Positions 19,301 through 29,495 are shown, numbered from the whole stretch's first letter. The stretch: 63,817 bases of DNA, filler included, from an uncultured bacterium (GCA_964637655.1; 5 parts of 5 records of this genome joined end to end with filler, not necessarily neighbours in it); one strand, 5' to 3'. A program made the numbers and translations. Notes: generated by a model not told the origin, from the sequence alone.

Positions 19301-19326
19301 TTTGTCCTTTCATCACGTTTTGCTAA
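16315..19326 (+). CDS. addB: AddB-like inactive helicase / PD-(D/E)XK nuclease with Fe-S staple
   Basis: VFPSRRAG, QIMGVLETRAIDFD, SASALNTYIQCPLKFY, GTIDRID...IIDYKTG, C-terminal CAFCPFITFC; ATGA-coupled to addA. Confidence 0.9.
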   Translation: MNFLERIVDDLVKRGIQLRDCAAVFPSRRAGVHFREALRRHPGVQKPLFSPAVYSIEEFISELSGTAAADPLALVFRLYGDYCQVASAAACSPSPATAGEEGAQHQVRVKSFAEFYQWGRTILTDFDEIDQYLIDTNQLFANLRAISQLENYAADTTEAERVRDRIQRDDTHRAYLDFAGLLQPLYARFTAGIDRDGLAYYGRALRRTAGLIAAEPQLLQRWSHIVFAGFNALTTGEEQVINAALKTGNAGIYWDMDRYFADDPAHEAGVFFRNSGIVYPSSPASPSPAGAGEEGAKRQVRGESINWLEERIATDPKQVKVTGAAGNVTQAKLCGSILAEHLQAGAVPETCAVVLADENLLMPVLHALPDGVSSVNVTMGFPLRHTPVYTFIAALIELHENRRRLELDNTCYYRDAENILLHPYLRSLTWPVGYELVNTIRKENLIHVPQALFADCGNALISDIFTRTPQSADDFLAYLLHLFHAMKAGMQQNDSNTPFSPPGGEGRDEGAVPASKKRSTPIDFEYLYAAWTLLIRLRDILAAAPVQLDPASFRRVLREILASASIPFTGEPLEGVQIMGVLETRAIDFDRVIILSLNEGVFPAGKGENSLIPYDVRKAVGLPTYEQRDAIYAYHFYRLFTRAGRIDLLYNTETTSEIGKAGRSRFIEQVLCELPARNPNAVVTDTVRALQPEFRQRAPLAIPKTPELLEKLAQREFSASALNTYIQCPLKFYFRYGLDLREPNAVIESAEQSTFGIVVHQVLQDIYHPFIGKPTTKEALLAVIPRLPKAIAAAYGEVLKHSELTGKNLLLANVAEYLLDKFLRAEADDPGHILHGTELSVESVPFTFTIDGKPRTVKLHGTIDRIDERDNHIRIIDYKTGNIGSLSLALPDDPAAVPGTEETLALFANRSEVFQLLFYYQLVQSLPACAGKDTQLSLYAFRTGEFVSVRPSRGEPYTLTAAHQPVVAAFLTRVFTHLFDAGLSFTPCPDRKSCAFCPFITFC
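16589..16641 (+). repeat. REP-like palindrome inserted in frame in addB (copy 1)
   Basis: CCTCTCCCGCC-ac-GGCGGGAGAGG plus GGTGCgcaGCACC plus AGGTGAGGG; encodes SPSPATAGEEGAQHQVRV. Confidence 0.8.
17167..17220 (+). repeat. REP-like palindrome inserted in frame in addB (copy 2)
   Basis: CCTCTCCCGCC-gg-GGCGGGAGAGG plus GGCGCgaaGCGCC plus AGGTGAGGG; encodes SPSPAGAGEEGAKRQVRG. Confidence 0.8.
17804..17845 (+). repeat. REP-like palindrome inserted in frame in addB (copy 3, variant)
   Basis: CCTTCTCCCCC..GGGGGAGAAGG-CAGGGATGAGGGG; encodes PFSPPGGEGRDEG. Confidence 0.75.
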
Positions 19327-19487
19327 TTGATTCATAAATCATAGGTTGTTGAAACTTTCATTTCAAATAGCAAGAATTACTTATGTAATTTGACCGATGC
19401 ATGTTATCATAGTAAAATATAGTGGTATTTATTTGCAAGATTGTTGTGATGTTGTTGCTGCAATGATACAGTTTTTCTCTTCTTTCT

Positions 19488-19586
19488 TTTAAGGGAAGTC
19501 GTTCATCCACCTTCAGGCAGATCGGCAATGCAGTGACGCCGCTCATGGCCGAGAGAATTGCAGCGCGGATAAAGGAGGATATCTGA
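19488..19586 (+). pseudogene. C-terminal remnant of a C5-cytosine DNA methyltransferase
   Basis: Hand translation FKGSRSSTFRQIGNAVTPLMAERIAARIKEDI* matches C5-MTase motif X. The TGA overlaps the next ATG. An in-frame stop at 19464 lies upstream and there is no N-terminal part. Confidence 0.75.
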
Positions 19587-21730
19587 TGCCAAATGCAAAT
19601 ATTTTTCGACCAAAGGCCAGGCTGCTCCTGCAACTTGGTGACGAATTAATCAAAAACGAGAGCATCGCCATTTCTGAACTCGTAAAAAATTCTTACGACG
19701 CCGGCGCCGAGGTAGTTGACGTCGAACTGATGATTGATGCTGGATACATAACTGTTAGAGACGATGGTGTTGGCATGTCAGCAGATACGATTCACGAGAT
19801 TTGGATGGAACCTGGTACAGATAACAAAAAAAGACAGCTTGAATCTTTTGTGGAAGAGAAAGGCAAGCGTAATACTCGTCGGCCTTTGGGCGAGAAAGGC
19901 ATCGGACGTTTTAGCGTTCATAAACTTGGGATGTGTACGGAAATCGTAACGAGAGCCGAAAACAATCCAGAAATCAAGGTGGTTCTCGACTGGGCAAAAT
20001 TCGAAACAGTTCAATATCTCGACGAGATAGAAATTGAGACGAAAGTTTGCGAGCCAGCGGTATACACTGGTTCGAGAACAGGAACCCAGATTAGAATTTC
20101 CGGACTGAGGAAAAGTCAATGGACCAAGTCGGTAGTTGACGAGATTCAAAGGTCCGTCAAAGCCTTCACTTCTCCTTTCAGCAATATTGACAAATTCGAG
20201 GTACGCTTTACAACCGATCAAACGGTGGATGAATATCCTTCCGTAGAGGACATAAAGAAATGGGCTCTGTATGAATTTAAGTGCAAGCTAGCAGGCAACA
20301 GGATCGTTGAATTTGACTATTGGTTTCGTCCATATAAATCGATGGAGGGATTAGAGGGCCGCCACTTTAGATACAGAGCAGGAGAGATCGCGAAGAACGA
20401 AGATCGGACAAACTTTGAAGTCATTTCACACATGGTCGGAAAGGCTGTGCGGATTAGCGGAGAAAAGAAAAAAGTTGTGCCTCCAATCGACCTGAATGCC
20501 AAGGATATTCACATCGGGTCTATTGTGGTTGAAGGATTTGTTTTTGACCGACGCGCTAAGGTTTTGAAACTCGGTGGAATACCGCCTAAGCAGGTCACAT
20601 CGTACTTAGACAGCAACGGCGGGGTTCGTGTATACCGCGACAGACTCAGGGTCTATGATTACGGGGAGCCGGAGAATGATTGGCTTGGCTTGGAGAAGAG
20701 CAGACTCTATGATCCCAGCTTTAAGCTTAACAAAGGTCTTCTTCTGGCTGCTGTTCATCTCGACCGAAGAGAAAGCCTTGACCTGCACGAGAAGACAAAC
20801 AGGGAGGGATTCATTGATAACGAGGCTTATAGAATATTCCGCAAGGCAGTTTCATACGCCATATCGACGGTTGAAGATTTCAGGAATGAAGACAAGGAAA
20901 AAGTGAAGGGATTCTTTGGAGAAACCAAGAACGAACCGGTATTGGTTGAAATCGGGGAGCTTAAAGAGATAATCGAAAACAAAGTAAACGACGAAAAGAT
21001 CAGAAAAGAATGTATCCAACATCTGGAAATAATCGAGAAAAACTATCGCCAAATCAACGAGGTTTTGATGACCGGCGCCGGAGCAGGTTTGCATCTCAGC
21101 TCAGCGATACATGAAGTATCGAAAATTATCAAAGAACTTAAGCTTGTGGTGAAAAAAGACCATGTATCAGAGAGGGTTTATTCTCTCGTTCAACACCTGT
21201 CAGGCCTGATGGATACTTATACCATCCTAATCAGGCGTTCCAAAGAAAAATCCCAAGACCTTAAGACCCTAGTCAGCGACTCGCTTTTCAATGTCCAGTA
21301 TCGTCTTAAGGTTCACGAAATCGATGTGATCAAGGAGTTTGAGTCTTATCGAGGAAAGACCTCCATCGTTTGCACAAGTCGGTTAGTGATGGGGGCAATA
21401 CTTAACTTAATTGACAATTCTATTTACTGGCTGGAGCGCTGGAACAAGAAGGACAGAAAGATATTCATAACGCTTAAATATCGCGCCCCAAGGAACATCG
21501 TGCTTATTGTTGCCGACAACGGGGCAGGATTCGGCCTGCCTCCTGTGCAAATGATCAGACCATTTGTGGGTACAAAACCTGGAGGGATGGGATTGGGATT
21601 ACATATTACTTCCGAGGTGATGTTAGCGCAGGGAGGCTCGATTGAATTTCCAAAGGCTAAAGACGTTGACTTGCCAAGCTCCTTTAATCGGGGCGCTATT
21701 GTCTCATTGGTTTTCAAACTGGAGGAATGA
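19586..21730 (+). CDS. MORC/GHKL-family ATPase fused to a C-terminal histidine kinase
   Basis: N-terminal ELVKNSYDA, DDGVGMS, GEKGIGRFS, GTQIRI (GHKL), then VYRDRLRVYDYG and EKTNREGF. C-terminal H-box AIHE, N-box NLIDNS, DNGAGF, GMGLGL. Lower GC than flanks. Confidence 0.88.
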   Translation: MPNANIFRPKARLLLQLGDELIKNESIAISELVKNSYDAGAEVVDVELMIDAGYITVRDDGVGMSADTIHEIWMEPGTDNKKRQLESFVEEKGKRNTRRPLGEKGIGRFSVHKLGMCTEIVTRAENNPEIKVVLDWAKFETVQYLDEIEIETKVCEPAVYTGSRTGTQIRISGLRKSQWTKSVVDEIQRSVKAFTSPFSNIDKFEVRFTTDQTVDEYPSVEDIKKWALYEFKCKLAGNRIVEFDYWFRPYKSMEGLEGRHFRYRAGEIAKNEDRTNFEVISHMVGKAVRISGEKKKVVPPIDLNAKDIHIGSIVVEGFVFDRRAKVLKLGGIPPKQVTSYLDSNGGVRVYRDRLRVYDYGEPENDWLGLEKSRLYDPSFKLNKGLLLAAVHLDRRESLDLHEKTNREGFIDNEAYRIFRKAVSYAISTVEDFRNEDKEKVKGFFGETKNEPVLVEIGELKEIIENKVNDEKIRKECIQHLEIIEKNYRQINEVLMTGAGAGLHLSSAIHEVSKIIKELKLVVKKDHVSERVYSLVQHLSGLMDTYTILIRRSKEKSQDLKTLVSDSLFNVQYRLKVHEIDVIKEFESYRGKTSIVCTSRLVMGAILNLIDNSIYWLERWNKKDRKIFITLKYRAPRNIVLIVADNGAGFGLPPVQMIRPFVGTKPGGMGLGLHITSEVMLAQGGSIEFPKAKDVDLPSSFNRGAIVSLVFKLEE

Positions 21731-21731
21731 G

Positions 21732-23078
21732 ATGGCACTTCCGATGAATGGGAGCGTCGTGATTGTTGATGATCAGCTTGATGATGAAGCGCTCCCCCTA
21801 ATGCAGGTCCTCTCCCGAAAAGGGATTTCTTACAGATACTTTTCAGGGAAAGAAAGCGAACTGCCATCCACCCCTTGCGGTTCCGTCAGGATCGTTTTCC
21901 TAGATATTTACCTTGAAGGCATGAGTGATTCGACCTTCGACGATGATCAGACCCCACCTGTTCTTGCTGGAATTCTGGACCGTATAGTCGGCCCTGACAA
22001 CGGCCCATATGTTACTGTGGCATGGACTAAGCACGAAGGGCACATGCAGAAGGTCATTGGTGCTCTTAACTACAAAGCCACAGCATGCTTTGGCATAGAT
22101 AAGTCCGAGTGCAAAGCAGCTGGACACGAGATGCTAAATGTAATCAGCCGAAAACTAGACGCCAACCTCCAAAGTATCGGAGCCGTCCGAGAGCTGTTCA
22201 GATGGGAGAATCTGGCTACTACCGCAGCGGTTGCCACGGTAAATCAGATCACCAAGGGAACGTCTGCAAGTAAAACTGAAGTTGAAAGCCTTTTTTATCA
22301 GTTAGCGAAGGCCACTCTAGGTGCTTCAGTTTCCACTGTAGGTCATGGGAATGATGTTAAGGCCGCACTGCAGGTTCTGAGTCCTTTGTTGTTAGACAAC
22401 CTAGATGGATTAGTTGCAAAGGAACGATTCGACTATTCCCAAATGCTCACCGCAAACGACAGGATAGACCTGATTAAGGCTGCCAAGCTGAATACCAGCT
22501 TGCTAACCTTTTGCGTCCAGCATACCGGATCCTATCCAGGGAGCGTGTACGAGGAATTCGATCAGACGAGACGGACCATAACCCAAGCCTTTTTTGATAC
22601 GCGAAAGAAAAAGATTCTTGAACAAGTACCTAAACACGTCAAAGCGAAGATGAAAGCGAATAACCTTGAGTATCCCAAAAATGAGCTGGATACAATTATT
22701 CACAAGGCTGTTGCCGATGTAGAAAACTCAGTTCGCCACGTTGTAGTGGAAGTTTCTCCGATTTGTGACCACTTTTCCAACAAGACAATTTATCACAGAG
22801 TCATCCCGGGTTTTCTGATTCTGAATTATTCTGAACCCTATAACTCGGATCCGGCGGAAGCATTCACCTACACCGCTCCTTTTTATATTGAGCAATTCCG
22901 CGGGGTTTATTCATTGGTGCTTGATTTCCGTGGCTTAATGACGTGTAACACAGATGTCTTGGCGGCTAGAACGTCAATATTCAGATTGAGGAGAGACCAG
23001 CTTTTCAACCTGCAGCATAAGGCGGGTAGTCACTTCAGCAGGCCTGGGGTAACTTTTATCGATGCCACGAACCGTTAA
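21732..23078 (+). CDS. Receiver (REC)-domain protein with large uncharacterised C-terminal domain
   Basis: VVIVDD, IVFLDIYL (phospho-acceptor Asp), AWT; C-terminal EVSPICD and FSRPGV motifs. GGAGGA RBS before ATG 21732. Confidence 0.8.
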   Translation: MALPMNGSVVIVDDQLDDEALPLMQVLSRKGISYRYFSGKESELPSTPCGSVRIVFLDIYLEGMSDSTFDDDQTPPVLAGILDRIVGPDNGPYVTVAWTKHEGHMQKVIGALNYKATACFGIDKSECKAAGHEMLNVISRKLDANLQSIGAVRELFRWENLATTAAVATVNQITKGTSASKTEVESLFYQLAKATLGASVSTVGHGNDVKAALQVLSPLLLDNLDGLVAKERFDYSQMLTANDRIDLIKAAKLNTSLLTFCVQHTGSYPGSVYEEFDQTRRTITQAFFDTRKKKILEQVPKHVKAKMKANNLEYPKNELDTIIHKAVADVENSVRHVVVEVSPICDHFSNKTIYHRVIPGFLILNYSEPYNSDPAEAFTYTAPFYIEQFRGVYSLVLDFRGLMTCNTDVLAARTSIFRLRRDQLFNLQHKAGSHFSRPGVTFIDATNR

Positions 23079-23256
23079 TGAGCCTATTCGTGAAAGAAAA
23101 AAGAGCGTGAGTAGTCGAAAAACGTCTCCCACATTTTTGTAGGCCCCCATTCTCTTGAACGGACAGCCGCAACGTCGAATTTAGCGATCTGACTGCAAAA
23201 CTTCGGATTGTTTTCGCACGCCACTATTTCCACACAACTAATAATTCGCTTCTCCC

Positions 23257-23628
23257 CTATCCTCTACTTACAATCTGGCATTGCCAGATCACCTTCACGC
23301 ACCAGCCGAGGCGGCGCAACTCTTTTCGCACTTTCGCGAAACGCGCGACGTTGGCGGCGAATTTCGCCTGCCAGAAGGCTTTCCGCGTCTTCGGTGTCGT
23401 TGCATAGCGGCAGCGCGGATGACGGTGCCAGAAACAGCCGTGGACGAAGATCACCGTCTTTATCGACGGAATGACGATATCCGGCTTTCCCGGCAGCGTC
23501 TTCACATTGTAGCGCATACGGAAGCCGAGCGGGCGCAGCAGCGCGCGCAGACGCATCTCCGGCCCCGTATTCTTCGAGCGGATCCGAGACATGTTCCAGC
23601 TGCGGTGTTCTTTGCTGATGCGGTCCAT
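23257..23628 (-). CDS. vsr: Very-short-patch repair endonuclease
   Basis: RSWNMSRIRSKNTGPE, LPGKPDIV, FVHGCFWHRH, FWQAKF..N, GW...IWQC. Confidence 0.95.
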   Translation of the reverse strand: MDRISKEHRSWNMSRIRSKNTGPEMRLRALLRPLGFRMRYNVKTLPGKPDIVIPSIKTVIFVHGCFWHRHPRCRYATTPKTRKAFWQAKFAANVARFAKVRKELRRLGWCVKVIWQCQIVSRG

Positions 23629-24857
23629 CAGCCGGCACGCCGTGCACTTTCTTGCCGTTCCCTGACCATGCGCACGAAGGCGCCCACATTCAGCAGAACG
23701 CCGCGCTGACTTTCGTCGTATGTCTCATGCAGTTCCTGCGGGATGACCAGGACAACATGCCGTTTGGCCATTTCCGCCGTCTGCGCGGCGCTAATCGACG
23801 GTTCAAGCGTCGCCAGATGTTTCTTCTTAATCCTGTCCGCCTCGGGCAGTATCTGACGCCATCTGTCTTTGCAGGAGGTTTTCACACCGAGCATCGTCAG
23901 CAGATGCGAATCGAATTCTTCATTGTGATATTCACGGATGCCCGGGAAAATAAAATCCGGCTTCGACTTGTGCTCCGTGGCTTTGCCGCGGGAGAAGCGC
24001 AGCCGGTTGTCACGAAAAAGCACTTCCAGATGGTTCTCAAACGCGCGGCCGGCGCGTGCCTTGCGGCGATTCAGCACCGACAGCGCATAGGCGACAAAAT
24101 CATCGGACGAAGTAAACCTGGCATCCAGTTTCGCTTCAATCTCCCGTTTTTCCAGCGCATAGAAGAGCCGCTCCTCATGTTCGAGCAGGCTTATCACCGC
24201 CTCGTCCGGCGCGTCAACGGTGTTGATCGCTCCGCGGCGTCGGAGAATGTCATACACACGGCCGGAAACAGTGCGGGTATCCCCGAGTCCCGCCGGGAAC
24301 GCCTGCAGCAATTCCTCATCGGCAGAAAGCATCGTCGACGGCAGCAGGGCGAGGCTGTCAAGGATGGCACGCACAGCGAAAGCCGACATACCGCGCTCCA
24401 GCGTCCTGAAATCGGCAACATAGAAGCGCTTCAATTCTCTGTCGCCAAAGCCGAACAGCCACAGCAGCTGATGCTCGGCCGTTGTCCCCTGCCCGGCCAC
24501 AACAACCAGGGCGCGGTCTTCGCGGGCGAATTTGGCGATAACCAGCAGATCCTCCGCCTTCGCCTGCCGCATCGCATCATTTTCGCTGAAATACAGCCGG
24601 TATTCTGCCGACCGGTGCGTCTGCCTCTCGCGCGAATCGTACCAGGTCAGTCTGCCGTCGCCGGCCGTTACCGTCTCGTCGTCGTTCAGATACAGGAAGC
24701 GGGCAGGTATCTCTCTGCGCTCGCTGCCGAACAGTTCCCTGAACTGATTGACCCCGTTATACTCGTGCTGGTGAGAAGTGCGCGGATCGGCCTCAACCGC
24801 AGAAAGCCGCTTTGCTCCGGCGCCGGCAAACCATGCGGAGAGCCGGACGGTTTCCAT
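23628..24857 (-). CDS. EcoRII-like type II restriction endonuclease
   Basis: AKRLSAVEA...SHQHEYNG, NRRKARAGRAFENHL, KPDFIFPG, KTSCKDRWRQIL, HLATLEP. ATG 24857 overlaps the dcm stop. Confidence 0.88.
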   Translation of the reverse strand: METVRLSAWFAGAGAKRLSAVEADPRTSHQHEYNGVNQFRELFGSERREIPARFLYLNDDETVTAGDGRLTWYDSRERQTHRSAEYRLYFSENDAMRQAKAEDLLVIAKFAREDRALVVVAGQGTTAEHQLLWLFGFGDRELKRFYVADFRTLERGMSAFAVRAILDSLALLPSTMLSADEELLQAFPAGLGDTRTVSGRVYDILRRRGAINTVDAPDEAVISLLEHEERLFYALEKREIEAKLDARFTSSDDFVAYALSVLNRRKARAGRAFENHLEVLFRDNRLRFSRGKATEHKSKPDFIFPGIREYHNEEFDSHLLTMLGVKTSCKDRWRQILPEADRIKKKHLATLEPSISAAQTAEMAKRHVVLVIPQELHETYDESQRGVLLNVGAFVRMVRERQESARRAG

Positions 24858-25847
24858 TATGCAGCGGCATTCCCGAGCAGGCCGCAGTCGTACGGCTCGC
24901 CGTCGATATAGGTGTAATGTTTGCGGCGCGGCAGCTGCGTACTGCCGCTGAGCATCCTCACCATAATGCCGGCGACATCCGTCACTACCGGCACCACCAC
25001 CGAATTGCCGAACTGCCGGTAGAGCTGCGTGTCGGAAACACCGCTGATCCGGTATTTTTCGGGATACCCCATCAGCCGGGCGCATTCGCGCGGCGTCAGC
25101 CGGCGCGGATTGCCGTTCGGCCGCGGCACAAGGATCTCCGAGCCGTCCTTGTAGTAGCGCGCGCTCAGCGTCCGGGTATTGCCGTTCAGATCGGCCATCC
25201 CGTAGCCGAAACCGTTCCCTTCCGCCTGATGTTTGGCGGCATACTGCTGCAGATAGGCCCACAGTTTGTCCGACAGGATGTACTTGTCGTCAACCTTCCT
25301 GTCGAGTATGTCGCGCAGCCGCGGTTTTACCGGCGGACGGTAGAGCGGAAACCGGAACGGCGTTTTCTCGCGGAAGCCGACGATGAAGACCCGCTCGCGG
25401 TGCTGCGGCACATAATTCACCGCATCCAGCACGCGGAAATGCACATCATAGCCGAGTTCGACAGCGAGCGTTTCGAGAATAACCGCCATCGTTCTGCCCT
25501 TGTCGTGACTGCGCAGGTTCTTCACGTTTTCGAGCAGAAACGCGCGCGGGCGGTGCTCGTGGAGTATGCGCTTGATTTCAAAGAAAAGCGTCCCCTGGCT
25601 CGGATCGGCAAAACCGTGCGGCCGCCCCAGCGAGATTTTTTTCGATACCCCGGAAATGGAAAACGGCTGACAGGGGAACCCGCCCACGAGGATATCGTGC
25701 TGCGGAATATCCTGCGATTTGATCTGCGTAATATCACCGGCCGGAAACTCGCCGAAATTCATGGCATAGGTAAGCTGCGCCGGTTTGTTCCACTCGGAGG
25801 AAAACACACACTTTGCCTTGTGCTTTTGGAATGCCAGCCGCATCCCG
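24857..25847 (-). CDS. dcm: DNA (cytosine-5)-methyltransferase, Dcm/M.EcoRII-like; 5' end truncated
   Basis: GGFPCQPFS, QGTLFF, LENVKNL, PQHRER, TLSARYYKDGSEIL, RRLTPRECARLMG, YRQFGNSV. Confidence 0.95.
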
Positions 25848-25947
25848 NNNNNNNNNNNNNNNNNNNNNNNNNNNNNNNNNNNNNNNNNNNNTTAATTAAT
25901 TAANNNNNNNNNNNNNNNNNNNNNNNNNNNNNNNNNNNNNNNNNNNN
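25848..25947. other. Assembly spacer / contig junction
   Basis: N run with TTAATTAATTAA linker. Confidence 0.98.
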
Positions 25948-26246
25948 GTATTATCAGCGGCGGCCGGGTGATCAATTCCATCCTCTCCCCGCGCGTGTTT
26001 GTCCATTCCTACAGCGAAGTCAGCGACTGCATCCTGTTCAACGGCGTGCATGTCGGGCGCAATGCGCGGCTGCGGCGGGTGATCGTCGACCGCAACGTGC
26101 GCATCCCCGAGGGCGCGATCATCGGTTTCAACCCCGAGGAGGACCGCAAGAAGTATTTTGTTTCGGAAGGCGGCATCGTGGTCATCCCGGCGGAACGGGC
26201 CGAGGATGCCTACGAGCGGTTGCACCCGCACGAACATAACCATTGA
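25948..26246 (+). CDS. glgC: Glucose-1-phosphate adenylyltransferase, C-terminal fragment
   Basis: ISGGRVINSILSPRVFVHSYSEV..CILFNGVHVGRNARLRRVIVD...IGFNPEEDRK..FVSEGGIVVI (left-handed beta-helix tail). Confidence 0.88.
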
Positions 26247-26247
26247 G

Positions 26248-26691
26248 ATGGGCGGGTTCGGCTTCGCGCTGCTGACGGCGTTCATCTGGGGTGTCGCCCC
26301 CATCTTCGCCAAACTTGGTCTGCAGGAGGGCGGTCCCAATCTCAGCGGGCCGCAGGCGGTGATCATCCGTTTCACCGGAGCGCTGCTCTGTTTTCTCGTG
26401 CTGATGGCTTTCCTGGCGAAACCGACGCAGTGGGGCGGCATTCTCACCCTGCCGCCGCGCGCGGTCGGCTACCTCTTCCTGGAGGGCATTTGCGGGGCAC
26501 TGCTCGGGCATTTTACCTACTACGCGGCGATGAAGGTGTGGGACGCGTCGCGGGTGGTCGGGGTGACGAGTGCTTACGCGGTGGTGACGCTGCTGTTGTC
26601 ACTGCTCTTCCTCAATGAGTCGCTGTCGCTGCTCAAGGGCGCCGGTATCGCCCTCGTCGTTGCCGGCATCATTCTCATCAAGTTTGCCTGA
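26248..26691 (+). CDS. EamA/DMT-family small membrane transporter
   Basis: ALLTAFIWGVAPIFAKLGL, YYAAMK...ASRV, LFLNE; about 5 TM segments. Confidence 0.85.
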   Translation: MGGFGFALLTAFIWGVAPIFAKLGLQEGGPNLSGPQAVIIRFTGALLCFLVLMAFLAKPTQWGGILTLPPRAVGYLFLEGICGALLGHFTYYAAMKVWDASRVVGVTSAYAVVTLLLSLLFLNESLSLLKGAGIALVVAGIILIKFA

Positions 26692-26707
26692 CCCCGACAC
26701 CCACAGA

Positions 26708-26865
26708 TTTCACCACAGAGCACGCAGAGCACACGGAGCGTCAGCGGGCTATCGTCATGCTCCGCTAGTGCCGACGAAATGCTCCCGGTATCACACGCAG
26801 CCCATTTGCTGCTACGCAACGGTTTCCGGCAGTTCTCTGCGTGCTCTGTGTGCTCTGTGGTGAAA
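26708..26865. repeat. 31-bp inverted repeat pair (REP-like) between convergent genes
   Basis: TTTCACCACAGAGCACGCAGAGCACACGGAG (26708-26738) versus its reverse complement at 26835-26865, with 3 mismatches; internal 9-nt periodicity. Confidence 0.85.
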
Positions 26866-26877
26866 GAAGAGGAGTTG

Positions 26878-27927
26878 TCAGGTGAGACAGGCGCGGGGGA
26901 GCGCGTCGGCGGAAAACTGCGCAGCGTGGGCCTTGCCGGCGGTGATGACCGCCTGCCGGTCGGCGCCGGCATAACGCGCGAAGGCGTCAAGCAGTGACGA
27001 GATGCCGTCAGGGGAGAAATAGAACGCGCACTCGCCGCCGGCCTCGGGGAGCGCACCGCGGTCGGCGCAGAGCACGGGGCAACCCGTGCGCAGCGCCTCG
27101 AGCACCGGCAGGCCGAACCCCTCGTGCCATGACGGCAGCAGCAGACAGTCCGCGGCGGCCAGCAGCGCCGCTTTTTCTGTCTCACTGACGAACCCGGCCT
27201 GCACCACGCGGGCCTGCAGCGCGGGCGGGAGGTGCTGTGCGATGAGCTCGCGCAGCGGCGGTCCCCAACCGTCGCGGCCGGCGATGACGAGGCGGCGCGC
27301 GGCGAGCAACTCCGGCTGCGCGGCGCAGGCCTGCAATACCAGTTCGATGTTCTTGCGCGGCTCGATGGTGCCGAGCATGAGCAGGAATGGTTCGACTTGT
27401 TCGCCCGGGCCGAGCACGGCTGGCACCTCCGGCAGCAGCGGCGGCACGGGATAGGCAACCTGCACGTTTTCCGTGATGCCGAGCGCGTGCAGGTCGCGCG
27501 CGGTCGCCTGCGAGATGGCGACAAGGCGGTCGCTTTGCCGCAGGCAGGCGAGGTACTCGCGCGCGTCTGCCACGGTGTCTGCGGTATGCCACTGCGGATG
27601 CGTGAGCGCCGTCAGGTCGCAGACGACACGCACTTCGCGCGCGCAGCGGCGCGTTTGCGCCACGGGGGAAACGAATATGCCCGTGCCGGCGGCCAGCGCG
27701 TCGGCCGGAACGGACGGTTGTTGCAGGTGCAGGTATGGCAGTTCGCGACCATGTCCCTGCTGCAGGGTAGCGGCGACGAGCGCCGGTTCGAGCAGGCGGT
27801 TGCCGGAGAAGAACTGTGCCGCGTGCGCGTGCTGCGCGAGCAGGAAACGCGCGATGGCGGCCGTCACCTGCGGAATGCCCGACCAGTGTGTCGCGTAGAG
27901 CGGGCTGACATCGAGGAAATGCGTCAT
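26878..27927 (-). CDS. Glycosyltransferase family 4
   Basis: WSGIPQV, AISQATARD, GTIEPRKNIE, PSWHEGFGLPVLEAL, LPEAGG. Confidence 0.92.
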   Translation of the reverse strand: MTHFLDVSPLYATHWSGIPQVTAAIARFLLAQHAHAAQFFSGNRLLEPALVAATLQQGHGRELPYLHLQQPSVPADALAAGTGIFVSPVAQTRRCAREVRVVCDLTALTHPQWHTADTVADAREYLACLRQSDRLVAISQATARDLHALGITENVQVAYPVPPLLPEVPAVLGPGEQVEPFLLMLGTIEPRKNIELVLQACAAQPELLAARRLVIAGRDGWGPPLRELIAQHLPPALQARVVQAGFVSETEKAALLAAADCLLLPSWHEGFGLPVLEALRTGCPVLCADRGALPEAGGECAFYFSPDGISSLLDAFARYAGADRQAVITAGKAHAAQFSADALPRACLT

Positions 27928-28310
27928 CGGGCCAGCCACGCGGCCAGCGGGCGCAGCAGCGCGACACGGCAGCAGCAGTGGTACGCGGTGCTGAGGCCTG
28001 TGGCCCGCAGGTTGTTATGTTGTGCCTCGGCACTGCGCACCAGCAGGGAGAGGTACTCCAGCCGGTCGGCGGGCGTGGCGAGCGGCATGCTGACCGCGCG
28101 CAGTTCGTCGCGTGACGGCTCGCGCAACAGGCAGGAGGCATACGCGGCACGCAGGAAGGCCTCGCCGGTCAGCGGGAGCAGCGCACGCCAGTCGACATGG
28201 TGCGGTTGCGCGCGCAGCGCTGCCCGTGCATTAGCCAGCGGCGCGGGTGCGGGTGGTGTCGCAGCGCGGACGCGCGCGAGGTAGTCAGTTACCGGCAGAC
28301 GGTCAGGCAC
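27924..28310 (-). CDS. Hypothetical protein (DUF4214-like motif) in the glycan-export operon
   Basis: EAFLRAAYASCLLREPS...RLEYL...SAEA; translationally coupled to the GT4 gene. Confidence 0.6.
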   Translation of the reverse strand: MPDRLPVTDYLARVRAATPPAPAPLANARAALRAQPHHVDWRALLPLTGEAFLRAAYASCLLREPSRDELRAVSMPLATPADRLEYLSLLVRSAEAQHNNLRATGLSTAYHCCCRVALLRPLAAWLAR

Positions 28311-28313
28311 GGG

Positions 28314-29494
<1,181 letters not shown>

Positions 29495-29495
<1 letters not shown>

